A DNA stretch of 63,921 bases, the filler included. It is 5 parts of 5 records of this genome, joined end to end, with 100 filler letters (N's around TTAATTAATTAA, not from the genome) between each part and the next. Parts side by side here need not be neighbours in the genome. Positions count along the whole stretch, not along the records: positions 51,480 to 58,566 come from DRR723986_4864; positions 58,667 to 63,921 come from DRR723986_5121; 3 more parts are not named here. One strand, given 5' to 3'. Positions 55,863-63,921 of this stretch are shown in pieces; position 1 is the first letter of the stretch; the number at the start of each line of letters is the position of its first letter. The notes beneath the pieces were generated by a model, which had not been told where the DNA came from, ran no database searches, and saw nothing but the letters and a program-made list of their open reading frames with translations. Made by a program: the position numbers and the translations under genes.

Positions 55863-57740
55863 TTAGGATTGCTTTCGCTCGGGTTGCGTATCTGTACCGC
55901 CCCCTTCAACCCAGCGGGTCAATTGAGATCGGGCCGCATCAATATCATTGGTCGCAAGCGCCTGGCGCAGCCCCCGCAGCATGGCAGCGACTTCGATCTC
56001 CGACAGTTTGGCCTCTTGCGCACAAAAGATTTTCTGGTGTCGGGTGGCAATCAACCCCGGGCTCAGAGTCAGCTCTTCTTCCAGTTTCTCACCTGGGCGC
56101 AGACCAATAAATTCGATTTCGATATCCCCATCCGGAGTGGCGTCATCCCGCACGGAATACCCAGCACTCTGAATGACCTGACGTGCCAACTTCAGGATGG
56201 GCACCAATTCACCCATATCAAGCACAAACACTTCGCCGCCGCGGGCATCTGCCCCCGCGCGCAAAACCAATTGCACCGCTTCTTGAATGGTCATGAAAAA
56301 GCGTTTGACCCGAGGGTCCGTAACAGTCACCGGACCACCCCGGCTAATTTGTTCCTGAAACAGTGGCACCACTGACCCTGAGGACCCCAACACATTGCCA
56401 AACCGAACCATGGCAAAAACCGTGTCTGAATGACGTGTTGCTAAGTCCTGGATCACCAGCTCTGCCAACCGCTTCGAGGCCCCCATCACATTGGTCGGGC
56501 GCACGGCCTTGTCCGAAGAAATCAGAATAAACCGCTCAACCCCGGCCACGGCTGCCTCATGCGCCAAAGTCTGTGTGCCAAATACATTGTTGGCCAGCCC
56601 CGGCAGCGGATTGGCCTCCACCAGGGGCACATGTTTGTAGGCCGCGGCATGAAGCACGACCTGAACTTCATATTCAGCCAGTACCTGCCGCACCTGTCGT
56701 GGATCCGTGACCGATCCCAGGATCGGAACGATTGCAATTTCAGTGCCTTCTGTCAGCTGCGTCAATTCCTGATGGACGGTATAGAGGGCCAGCTCGTTCA
56801 GCTCATACAGAACCAACCGGGCGGGACGGCAGGACAGCACCTGACGGCACAGTTCTGAGCCGATCGACCCGCCTGCCCCAGAAACCAGCACAGTGCGCCC
56901 GGCATAACTGTCACACGATTGTGCCAATTCCATATTGCGCGTCGCCCGCCCTAAAAAGCTCTGCGGGGCGACTGGAGTCAGCTTATCAACCAGAGCCTCT
57001 TCTCCGATGAGCTGGGCAAACGATGGCAGGGCCTGCACCTCAAGCCCTTTGGTTTGCAGCTGCTTGATGATCTGAGCCTGCTTGGGCTGGCTTTGGGACG
57101 GCATCGCCAACAGCACGCGTTTCACATTGCGCGCTTCAACGATTTCAGTCAGGCGCGCAGGGGGATAAACCGGCAACCCCATCAGGCTCATGCCCTGCAA
57201 GGAGGTGTTGTCATCAACAAAAGCCACCGGCTCGATCCGATCATGCGTTTTGAGCGCCTGCGCCAACTGGGTTCCGGTGGTGCCAGCACCATAAATCAAC
57301 ACAGGTCGACGGGGTTGCGCCCGGCGATAGATTCCCATCACCATCTGATGCAAGACGACCCGTGTCGCCGCGATGAACAGGAAATAAACGATGGCGAACA
57401 TCACATGCGTGCCCGGTGGCAGTGGAATTCCATGCGCGGCCACCAATGCGGCCAAGGTTACCGCCAACAAAACGGACAGCAGCGCACTGCGCCCAATTGC
57501 ATGGCGCTCAAACGCGTTCAATTGAATGTAAGGTAAACCCAGCCAGATCGACAGACCTGCACTGACGGCCATCAGATAAGGCAAGACTGGAAACGTCAGC
57601 CACAACTTCTCAAAAGGCATCGCCGGCATAGTCTGAACGGTATAGGTAAATAAAAGCGCTAAAGGGATTAACGCCATATCAAGAGCCATGAAAACGTAAG
57701 CTTTTTGATTGCGATTCATCGCACTGATCAATTGGAACAT
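55863..57740 (-). CDS. Membrane-bound UDP-sugar 4,6-dehydratase (CapD/WbpM/PglF family)
   Basis: N-terminal TM helices; GAGGSIGSELC, HAAAYKHVP, SSDKAVRPTNVMGASK, VRFGNVLGSSGSV, GLRPGEKL. Confidence 0.93.
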   Translation of the reverse strand: MFQLISAMNRNQKAYVFMALDMALIPLALLFTYTVQTMPAMPFEKLWLTFPVLPYLMAVSAGLSIWLGLPYIQLNAFERHAIGRSALLSVLLAVTLAALVAAHGIPLPPGTHVMFAIVYFLFIAATRVVLHQMVMGIYRRAQPRRPVLIYGAGTTGTQLAQALKTHDRIEPVAFVDDNTSLQGMSLMGLPVYPPARLTEIVEARNVKRVLLAMPSQSQPKQAQIIKQLQTKGLEVQALPSFAQLIGEEALVDKLTPVAPQSFLGRATRNMELAQSCDSYAGRTVLVSGAGGSIGSELCRQVLSCRPARLVLYELNELALYTVHQELTQLTEGTEIAIVPILGSVTDPRQVRQVLAEYEVQVVLHAAAYKHVPLVEANPLPGLANNVFGTQTLAHEAAVAGVERFILISSDKAVRPTNVMGASKRLAELVIQDLATRHSDTVFAMVRFGNVLGSSGSVVPLFQEQISRGGPVTVTDPRVKRFFMTIQEAVQLVLRAGADARGGEVFVLDMGELVPILKLARQVIQSAGYSVRDDATPDGDIEIEFIGLRPGEKLEEELTLSPGLIATRHQKIFCAQEAKLSEIEVAAMLRGLRQALATNDIDAARSQLTRWVEGGGTDTQPERKQS

Positions 57741-57971
57741 CGAAATGTCGCCCCACTAAAGTATTCTACGTGCGCATCCACCTGTAACAAAACGCGCCAA
57801 AGCTTACTGCTCAATACAACTTTGCCCGGTGAACTCAGTCACCTACTTGCTGAAAATTATTAACGAGACCTTACCGTAGTTTCAAAAAAAGACCAACCTT
57901 TCAATAAACCTGTGGTCCCCCCTGAGGAATACTGAGCGAATCCCCGCTAAATCCAAGCGTCATCTTACGGA

Positions 57972-58565
57972 TTACTGGGCCGCATTTGCACTTTGGGCAA
58001 TTTCACTCAAGTACCGGCTCAGATCATCACGCAGATCATCCCGTGCCAACGCAAACGCCACAGTAGCCTGCAAAAAACCTGCCTTTGAGCCGCAGTCAAA
58101 CCGCTGCCCGCGGAAGCGATAGCCATAGACCGGGGTTTCTTGGCGGATATCTTCGGCAATGGCATCGGTCAGCTGAATTTCGCCACCTGCGCCCTGTTTC
58201 ATCTTGTTGAGGTTCTTCAACACCGATGGTGCCAGCACATATCGCCCGATGACCGCCAGATTCGAGGGCGCCTCTTCGGGTTTGGGTTTTTCGACCATTC
58301 CTTTGACCGACACAACCGATCCCATGTCCTCGGCCACATCCAGAACCCCATAGGCGCTGGCTTGTTCCGGCGGCACTTCCATCGCGGCAACCATGTTGCC
58401 GCCGGTTTCTGCGTAGGCTTCGATCATCTGCTTCAGGCAGGGCTTCTCAGCTGCGATCACATCATCGGGTAAAATCACCGCAAAAGGTTCATTGCCGATC
58501 AGACGCCGTGCACACCACACCGCATGCCCCAGACCTAGCGCCTTGTGTTGGCGAATATAGGCAAT
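57972..58565 (-). CDS. galU: UTP--glucose-1-phosphate uridylyltransferase, 3' part (cut by contig end)
   Basis: IRQHKALGLGHAVWC, EPFAVILPDD, VEKP, GAGGEIQLTDAI, RFDCGSKAG. Confidence 0.95.
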   Translation of the reverse strand: MAYIRQHKALGLGHAVWCARRLIGNEPFAVILPDDVIAAEKPCLKQMIEAYAETGGNMVAAMEVPPEQASAYGVLDVAEDMGSVVSVKGMVEKPKPEEAPSNLAVIGRYVLAPSVLKNLNKMKQGAGGEIQLTDAIAEDIRQETPVYGYRFRGQRFDCGSKAGFLQATVAFALARDDLRDDLSRYLSEIAQSANAAQ

Positions 58566-58566
58566 G

Positions 58567-58666
58567 NNNNNNNNNNNNNNNNNNNNNNNNNNNNNNNNNN
58601 NNNNNNNNNNTTAATTAATTAANNNNNNNNNNNNNNNNNNNNNNNNNNNNNNNNNNNNNNNNNNNN
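58567..58666. other. Artificial contig linker
   Basis: 44 N + TTAATTAATTAA + 44 N. Confidence 0.99.
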
Positions 58667-58694
58667 GCGCGTCTACCAATTCCGCCACGACCGC
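58667..58694 (-). tRNA. tRNA-Leu, 5' 28 nt only (anticodon not visible)
   Basis: Minus strand GCGGTCGTGGCGGAATTGGTAGACGCGC: acceptor strand and Leu-type D arm, cut by contig end. Confidence 0.8.
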
Positions 58695-58802
58695 ACGTGA
58701 TCAGGTAGTGCGCGGCTGTTTAGCCGAGCCTTGCGGGGATGCGCAAGGGGGATTCGTCACCTCTTTCCACTTCGTCGGGGCCGTAGAATCCCGCGTATGC
58801 GG

Positions 58803-58834
58803 AAAAGGCCGCCCGGGGGTCCGGGCGGCCTTTT
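58803..58834. terminator. Bidirectional intrinsic terminator
   Basis: AAAAGGCCGCCCGG-GGGT-CCGGGCGGCCTTTT. Confidence 0.85.
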
Positions 58835-58858
58835 ATCAATCAGGGGCGGGATGCCCGA

Positions 58859-59458
58859 TTACTTGTTCGCGGTTGCGGGCTGCGGCGCTGGCACGATCAC
58901 GGTTTGCGCCGGGGGCTGCGCCACGACCTGCGGGACCGGCGGAACCGGGGCCGGGGCGGGAACCACGACCACCTGCGGCTGCTGCGGGGCCACCAGCGCG
59001 TTGCGATAGGCGATCAGCAACGGCTGGCCGACCAGACCGGTCTGCGCCGAGCCACCATTGATGGCCCAGTAATAGGCCTGCATCAGCTGGTCATACTGGT
59101 AAGTGGCATATTCGCGGCCATTGACAGGATAGCCCATCACCAGCTGGTAACGCTCGATCGCCTGGCGGGTGCCATTGCCGATCTGGCCATCGACAGCACC
59201 GGCCTGAAAGCCAAAATAGTTCAGCGCGGTCTGGGTGTCGCGGCCCATCTGCGATGCGGGAATTCCGCCGCCGCCGCCACCACTGCTGGTGGTGCCGCGG
59301 TTGCCGCCACCATTATTGCCGTTGGCAATGGCGGCGCCAATCAGGCCGCCGACGATCAGGCCACCCACGATATCGCCTGCATCGGCGCGGGCTTCCTGGG
59401 CGGGAACGGCCGCAAGCGCGAAGGCAAAAGTCGCGGCGGTCAGGGATTTAATAAGCAT
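58859..59458 (-). CDS. Exported peptidoglycan-binding domain protein
   Basis: Signal peptide; glycine zipper; QTALNYFGFQAGAVDGQIGNGTRQAIERYQ; Pro-rich tail. Confidence 0.85.
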   Translation of the reverse strand: MLIKSLTAATFAFALAAVPAQEARADAGDIVGGLIVGGLIGAAIANGNNGGGNRGTTSSGGGGGGIPASQMGRDTQTALNYFGFQAGAVDGQIGNGTRQAIERYQLVMGYPVNGREYATYQYDQLMQAYYWAINGGSAQTGLVGQPLLIAYRNALVAPQQPQVVVVPAPAPVPPVPQVVAQPPAQTVIVPAPQPATANK

Positions 59459-59610
59459 GGCATCCTCCAATTCGGTGTCTCAACTGTTGGTCGCAGACTA
59501 GCACGTTTCGGTTCAATTCGAAGTCCGAAAACCTATAGCTTTTGGGGTAAGCCTCGTACAAAAAGCGGAAAAAAGCCGACAATTCCCAGCACATCGGCCC
59601 GCCTCCGGGA

Positions 59611-60108
59611 TCAGGCGGCCGAGCGATTCGCCCCTTTGCTGCGCACCCCTCGTCGCACCAACACGAGCACAGCGATCGCGGCCAGGGCCCAGAATCCCTC
59701 GGTCCCGTGGGGGCCGAAGACCATGTCATTCATCATCCGCCCCGGCAGAAAAGACAGCATCCCCGCCACCCCCAATCCGCCAAAGGCCAACCCGCGCATA
59801 TGGTCTCGATGGGTGGTCTGCTGGCCTCGGATTGCGGCACGCACCCCCATGAACAACCCCCACAGCACATAGACCGAGATCAGGTGGATGGGTCCGAACG
59901 GGCCGACAAGCGCCAGCCCGTGGATGAAGAAAGAGCTGAGCGCCGCCAGTCCCATGGCCCCGACCCAGGCGTAACCCGCCATCCGGTGCACCCGGTCCCG
60001 GCGTCTCCGCCACAGGGTCAGGGGCAGTAACAAGATGGCAAGACCGACACCGGCCACATGCAACTGAACCGCAAGCGGTGCGTTGAAAAGAGGAGCAAGG
60101 GCTGTCAT
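59611..60108 (-). CDS. DUF2306-family membrane protein
   Basis: VQLHV...HRMAGYAWV..M...ALSSFFI...FGPIHLIS...HRDHM...FLPGRMM. Confidence 0.85.
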   Translation of the reverse strand: MTALAPLFNAPLAVQLHVAGVGLAILLLPLTLWRRRRDRVHRMAGYAWVGAMGLAALSSFFIHGLALVGPFGPIHLISVYVLWGLFMGVRAAIRGQQTTHRDHMRGLAFGGLGVAGMLSFLPGRMMNDMVFGPHGTEGFWALAAIAVLVLVRRGVRSKGANRSAA

Positions 60109-60204
60109 GTGAAGACCTCATTGACGAAACAAACCATGGACACCGCCTGCCATGGCGACACATCCGGGCACGAGCCCGGATACGCAAACCGAACGAGGCC
60201 CTTC

Positions 60205-60981
60205 GTGAACGACAGCCCCCTTCATTCCGCGAAGCGTGAATTGCACGCCCTTCTGACGGACCGGAGAGTGCTTGTGGGCGTGGCAGCGGCAGGCATCATC
60301 GCCGGGATCGCCGGACCATTTGGAACGGCAGAGCATCTGCGGCTTTTGCCCCGAATTCTGTATTGGCTGGTCCTCTGCTTTGGCACCTATCTGACCGGTG
60401 CGGCCCTGATCGGCCCGATCATCCAGGCGCTGACACGGCGCGGGCTTGCCATTTGGGGTGCCGCGCTGCTCGCCGCGGCAGTGGCGGGTTTGGTCGTTGC
60501 TGCCGAGGTTGCCGCGTTGAACTGGGCGGTGTTCGCCTTGCCCCCGATAGGGGCGCGTTATCTTGGCGAACTTGCGCTGAACGGCATCGTCATTTCCGCA
60601 ATCATCACCATTGCATCTCTGGTGCTGGATCATCCCGCCGAAGCCGCCGACGACTCACCGGCCCCGGTCCCGCTGCTCGACCGGCTGCCGCTGGACAAGC
60701 GCGGGCCGCTGATCTCGCTTTCGGTGCAGGATCATTATGTTGAGGTCACGACCGGCCTGGGCCGGGAATTGCTGCTGATGCGCCTCTCCAATGCAATCCG
60801 GGAAACCGTGCCGGTCGCAGGGCTTCAGGTGCATCGGTCGCATTGGGTGGCCCTGTCACAGGTCACGGCAGCCCGGCGCGACGGTGCCCGCGCGGTCTTG
60901 ACGATGTCGGACGGACGCGACATTCCCGTAAGTCGGTCAAATATCGCAGCCGTCAGGGAGGCCGGGCTTCTGCCCGGGTAG
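60205..60981 (+). CDS. Membrane-anchored LytTR DNA-binding regulator
   Basis: Four TM helices (AGPFGT motif); LSVQDHYVEV, LLLMRLSNAI, GLQVHRSHWV, IPVSRS. Confidence 0.9.
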   Translation: MNDSPLHSAKRELHALLTDRRVLVGVAAAGIIAGIAGPFGTAEHLRLLPRILYWLVLCFGTYLTGAALIGPIIQALTRRGLAIWGAALLAAAVAGLVVAAEVAALNWAVFALPPIGARYLGELALNGIVISAIITIASLVLDHPAEAADDSPAPVPLLDRLPLDKRGPLISLSVQDHYVEVTTGLGRELLLMRLSNAIRETVPVAGLQVHRSHWVALSQVTAARRDGARAVLTMSDGRDIPVSRSNIAAVREAGLLPG

Positions 60982-60984
60982 CAC

Positions 60985-61665
60985 ATGGTCGAATGGATCC
61001 GCTCGGACGAACTGGTGCCATATGAGGACGCGGTGGCCTGGATGGAAGCCCGCGCCGCCGCCATTGCGCGGGGCGAGGCGGACGAGGCGATCTGGCTGCT
61101 GGAACACCCCGCGCTCTATACGGCCGGAACCTCGGCCAAACCCACCGACCTGACCGACCCCGACCGGTTCCCTGTCCATGACACCAAGCGCGGCGGGCAA
61201 TACACCTATCACGGGCCGGGGCAGCGGGTGGCCTATGTGCTGCTGGATGTCGCGGCACGCGGCCATGACGTCCGGCGTTTCGTCCAACAGATGGAAGACT
61301 GGGTCATCGCCACGCTGGCCGAGTTCAACCTGTGCGGTGAAAAGCGGGATGGGCGCGTCGGTGTCTGGGTCGCCCGACCCGACAAGCCGCCGCTGCCAGA
61401 TGGCACCGGGCACGAAGACAAGATCGCCGCGCTCGGTGTGCGGCTGACCAAATGGGTCAGCTACCATGGCCTGTCGATCAATGTGGAACCGGATCTGAGC
61501 CATTTCGACGGCATCGTACCATGCGGCATCACCGGCCATGGCGTGACCTCGCTGGTCGATCTCGGGCTGCCGGTGACGATGGATGATGTGGACGTCGCGC
61601 TGGAAAAGAGCTTCACGCAGGTTTTCGGCACCGATCGCGTGCCCCGGCGCAGCCCGTCAACCTAG
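60985..61665 (+). CDS. lipB: Octanoyltransferase LipB
   Basis: [47 protein letters not shown]. Confidence 0.97.
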   Translation: MVEWIRSDELVPYEDAVAWMEARAAAIARGEADEAIWLLEHPALYTAGTSAKPTDLTDPDRFPVHDTKRGGQYTYHGPGQRVAYVLLDVAARGHDVRRFVQQMEDWVIATLAEFNLCGEKRDGRVGVWVARPDKPPLPDGTGHEDKIAALGVRLTKWVSYHGLSINVEPDLSHFDGIVPCGITGHGVTSLVDLGLPVTMDDVDVALEKSFTQVFGTDRVPRRSPST

Positions 61666-61775
61666 GCGGAAAACGCAATAATTCCATGCATAGGTCGTGA
61701 ATCCTTCGGGCTGTCGCCACAATTCTCGGACAATCTGTCTGAAATTCTTGTGAGGTTCAGGGAGAGGAGCGAAAT

Positions 61776-62447
61776 ATGCCCTGTTCGACCAAAGACATAG
61801 AGAAGTTTGTTTTCGATGAATCCGGCGCGGTTACGGTTGACTGGGTGGTTCTGACAGGTGGGCTGGTGGGGCTTGGCCTTGCCGCGACCGCTGTTGTGTC
61901 CGTCGGTGTCGAACACCAGGCCAGAGAAGTCGCCGATTTGTCGGGCCAAAGCATCACCGGATTGCACCGGTGGGGCCAGAACCGGCTGGCGAACGGGTCA
62001 TTCGAGGATATCGAAGGCATGATCGCCGCAGGCTGGGGTTTCTACTCGGCAGGCGCGATGAACGGCTGGTCGCTGCTGGACGATCCCCGCGCGGAAGTGG
62101 TCTGGAGCGGCTATCACGGCGTCAACGCGACCGACGGCGGCTATATGCTGGATCTCGACGCCAGCCCCGGCAACATGAGCCTCGGGCAGGTGCTGAACGA
62201 CGCGGTCGACGGCCAGACTTACACGGTGTCCTTCGATGCCGCGGATCCGCGCATGAACAATGGCGTGGCGGTTTATTGGGGCGGCGAACTTGTGGGCACC
62301 GCCGATCCGCAGGGATCGTCGATGACCAGCTATCAATTCGAAATCACCGGCGGATCTGGCGACGGATCGAACCTGCTGATGATCGGCGGCACCGGCCCAG
62401 AAGACAATGTCGGCGCCTATATCGACAATGTCAGCGTCGAAAGCTGA
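61776..62447 (+). CDS. Flp-type prepilin fused to a jelly-roll carbohydrate-binding-like domain, copy 1
   Basis: FVFDESG|AVTVDWVVLTGGLVGLGL; NRLANGSFE...GQTYTVSF...GAYIDNVSV. Confidence 0.8.
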   Translation: MPCSTKDIEKFVFDESGAVTVDWVVLTGGLVGLGLAATAVVSVGVEHQAREVADLSGQSITGLHRWGQNRLANGSFEDIEGMIAAGWGFYSAGAMNGWSLLDDPRAEVVWSGYHGVNATDGGYMLDLDASPGNMSLGQVLNDAVDGQTYTVSFDAADPRMNNGVAVYWGGELVGTADPQGSSMTSYQFEITGGSGDGSNLLMIGGTGPEDNVGAYIDNVSVES

Positions 62448-62498
62448 CCTTTGAACAGGCAATTAAATCCAAAAGACATTGAGGAAAGATTTACGAGC

Positions 62499-63179
62499 AT
62501 GAGTGTGAGCAGATTTTCAAAAACGGTCCGTGACTTCGCCAAGGAAGACTCCGGCGCGGTCACCGTCGATTGGGTGGTTCTGACCGGTGGACTTGTCGGC
62601 CTGGGCCTTGCTGCAACGGCGGTTGTGTCTGCCGGGGCTGAATACCAGGCCAGGGAAATCGCCGACCTGTCCGGTCAGAGCATCACCGGCCTGCACCGGT
62701 GGGGCGTCAACCGGATCGCCAACGGATCATTCGAGGATATCGAAGGCATGATCGCGGCCGGTTGGGGTTTCTACCATGCCGACGGATCTCTGGCGGGCTG
62801 GCTCAATCTCGACGATCTGCGCCTGGAAGTTCATCATGACGGGTATCACGGCGTGTCCGCGACCCATGGCGACTTCATGCTCGACCTCGACGCCAGCCCC
62901 GGCAATATCAGCATGGGGCAGGTGCTGAACGACGCCGTGGACGGCCAGACCTACACGCTCAGCTTCGACGCGGCAGACCCGCGCATGAACAACGGCGTCG
63001 ATGTCTATTGGGGGGGTGAGGTCATTGCCTCGGTCAACCCCGAGGGTTCTTCGATGCAGACCTACACGTTCGAGATCGAAGGCGGCGCAGGCGATGGATC
63101 GAACCTGCTGATGATCCCGGGCACCGGCCCGCAGGACAATGTCGGCGCATATATCGACAGCGTCAGCATCGAAAGCTGA
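62499..63179 (+). CDS. Flp-type prepilin fused to a jelly-roll carbohydrate-binding-like domain, copy 2
   Basis: FAKEDSG|AVTVDWVVLTGGLVGLGL; NRIANGSFE...GQTYTLSF...GAYIDSVSI; close tandem paralog of copy 1. Confidence 0.8.
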   Translation: MSVSRFSKTVRDFAKEDSGAVTVDWVVLTGGLVGLGLAATAVVSAGAEYQAREIADLSGQSITGLHRWGVNRIANGSFEDIEGMIAAGWGFYHADGSLAGWLNLDDLRLEVHHDGYHGVSATHGDFMLDLDASPGNISMGQVLNDAVDGQTYTLSFDAADPRMNNGVDVYWGGEVIASVNPEGSSMQTYTFEIEGGAGDGSNLLMIPGTGPQDNVGAYIDSVSIES

Positions 63180-63424
63180 GCCCGTGAAACGAACTGTTTC
63201 CGGCCACACGGTCGGGCAGTCATGATTTCGCCAGATTTCCCCGGCAGTCTGGCAGAATATGTCCAGAGCCCTGCTGCAATTGCGCGACAAGGCGGATGAC
63301 GTTTGACCCGCGCCGAAAGTGAACGAGACGCGCGGGCGTGAAGAACAGGTTCGGCCCTATTGCGTGAACCGGACCCCTTATCGAGTAGTACGCCCTCTGC
63401 GGGGGGCACCAAAAGGATTGCGTC

Positions 63425-63655
63425 GTGCCAAAAGCAACCGACCACGAACGGAACGACCGGATCGAAGCAAGCGTCATGATGGCAGCACTCGCCACGCTTG
63501 GCCTTTTGGTTGCGCTTGCGGTTTCTACCTCCATGACCGCATTGACTGGCCCCGACCTTCATGCAACCGCCCCGGAAGTATCCCCGGAAACCGCCAGCGA
63601 CAGCGGTGGAATCGTGGGCTCCGATGCTCAGCTTCAGGGCAGCGAACTGCGCTGA
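63425..63655 (+). CDS. Small single-TM hypothetical protein (possibly pilin-derived)
   Basis: GTG start after AAGGA; hydrophobic VMMAALATLGLLVALAV; low-complexity tail. Confidence 0.45.
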   Translation: MPKATDHERNDRIEASVMMAALATLGLLVALAVSTSMTALTGPDLHATAPEVSPETASDSGGIVGSDAQLQGSELR

Positions 63656-63870
63656 TCGCAATCCCGGGCATCACAACGCCCGGTTGAGGCATACTGCCAT
63701 ACAGCGCCCTGCCGCGCCAAAAAGGCGAATCCTGAGGCATTTTTTCCCACCCTGACGCCGCCAAACACGTTGCGCACCCCCGACCTGCAAACTAGAACAT
63801 CCGGCAGGGAATAGGGCGCGTGGAACAGGACAGTCTTGGTCTGCGTGCTTCTTTGGAACAGGAGACGTCC

Positions 63871-63921
63871 ATGGCTGATGCTGCCATTTCGGGACATGAC
63901 CACGAAAAGCCCGGGTTCTTC
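63871..63921 (+). CDS. ctaD: Cytochrome c oxidase subunit I, first 17 codons
   Basis: AGGAG RBS; MADAAISGHDHEKPGFF resembles the rhodobacteral CtaD N-terminus. Confidence 0.7.
   Translation, partial: MADAAISGHDHEKPGFF

Noticed and set aside
57860-57874. CtrA box upstream of the capD-like gene (TTAA-N7-TTAC)
   Set aside because: One mismatch in an AT-rich spacer and a single site; too weak to call
18105-58666. TTAATTAATTAA recurring four times, and apparent linkage such as recA next to sox or ecfG next to gmd
   Set aside because: Artificial linkers joining separate contigs; adjacency across them carries no information
61776-63179. Pilin duplication as an assembly artefact or a diversity-generating retroelement
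   Set aside because: The copies differ at many synonymous and nonsynonymous sites, the changes are not adenine-specific, and no reverse transcriptase is present
63634-63903. 89-aa minus-strand ORF
   Set aside because: Overlaps the better-supported ctaD start and its upstream region; no motif

Overview
The window is not one locus. It is five contigs joined by artificial 100-nt linkers (44 N + TTAATTAATTAA + 44 N) at 18105-18204, 34835-34934, 51380-51479 and 58567-58666, so nothing should be inferred across the joins. Contig 1 (1-18104) looks like an FCB-group bacterium (Bacteroidota/Kapabacteria-like, by inference). It has a T9SS-exported beta-propeller/Ig protein divergent from a 594-aa helical protein, lolA, OmpA, WD40, MerR, rpsP-ffh facing away from Hpt-rimM-trmD-queC, an OmpR-type two-component pair, a Cys-rich ECF sigma factor and long repeat-rich intergenic spacers. 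Contig 2 (18205-34834) is alphaproteobacterial (Roseibium/Labrenzia-like, by inference): fdsGBA with a LysR regulator, AraC/VOC/TetR/VOC, an uncharacterised three-gene coiled-coil/membrane operon, MscS, psuG/psuK and a partial recA. Contig 3 (34935-51379) carries soxYZABCD plus a DsrE-like gene, followed by a general stress response island (phyR-nepR-ecfG, SdrG-like receiver, csbD, dps, DUF883) with seven EcfG promoters readable in the DNA. Contig 4 (51480-58566) is a roseobacter-like polysaccharide locus (galU, capD-like, yjbH/yjbF/yjbE-like, gmd). Contig 5 (58667-63921) has a partial tRNA-Leu, a DUF2306/LytTR pair, lipB, two tandem Flp-pilin/jelly-roll fusions and the start of ctaD. The strongest lead is the HWE kinase beside phyR-nepR-ecfG: its N-terminus is an intact ETR1-type ethylene/copper-binding membrane domain, suggesting ethylene sensing wired into the general stress response. 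Next are the Flp-pilin/lectin-like fusions and the coiled-coil operon. No CRISPR array, transposase, integrase or rRNA was found. All family calls come from recognising motifs by eye, not from database searches.
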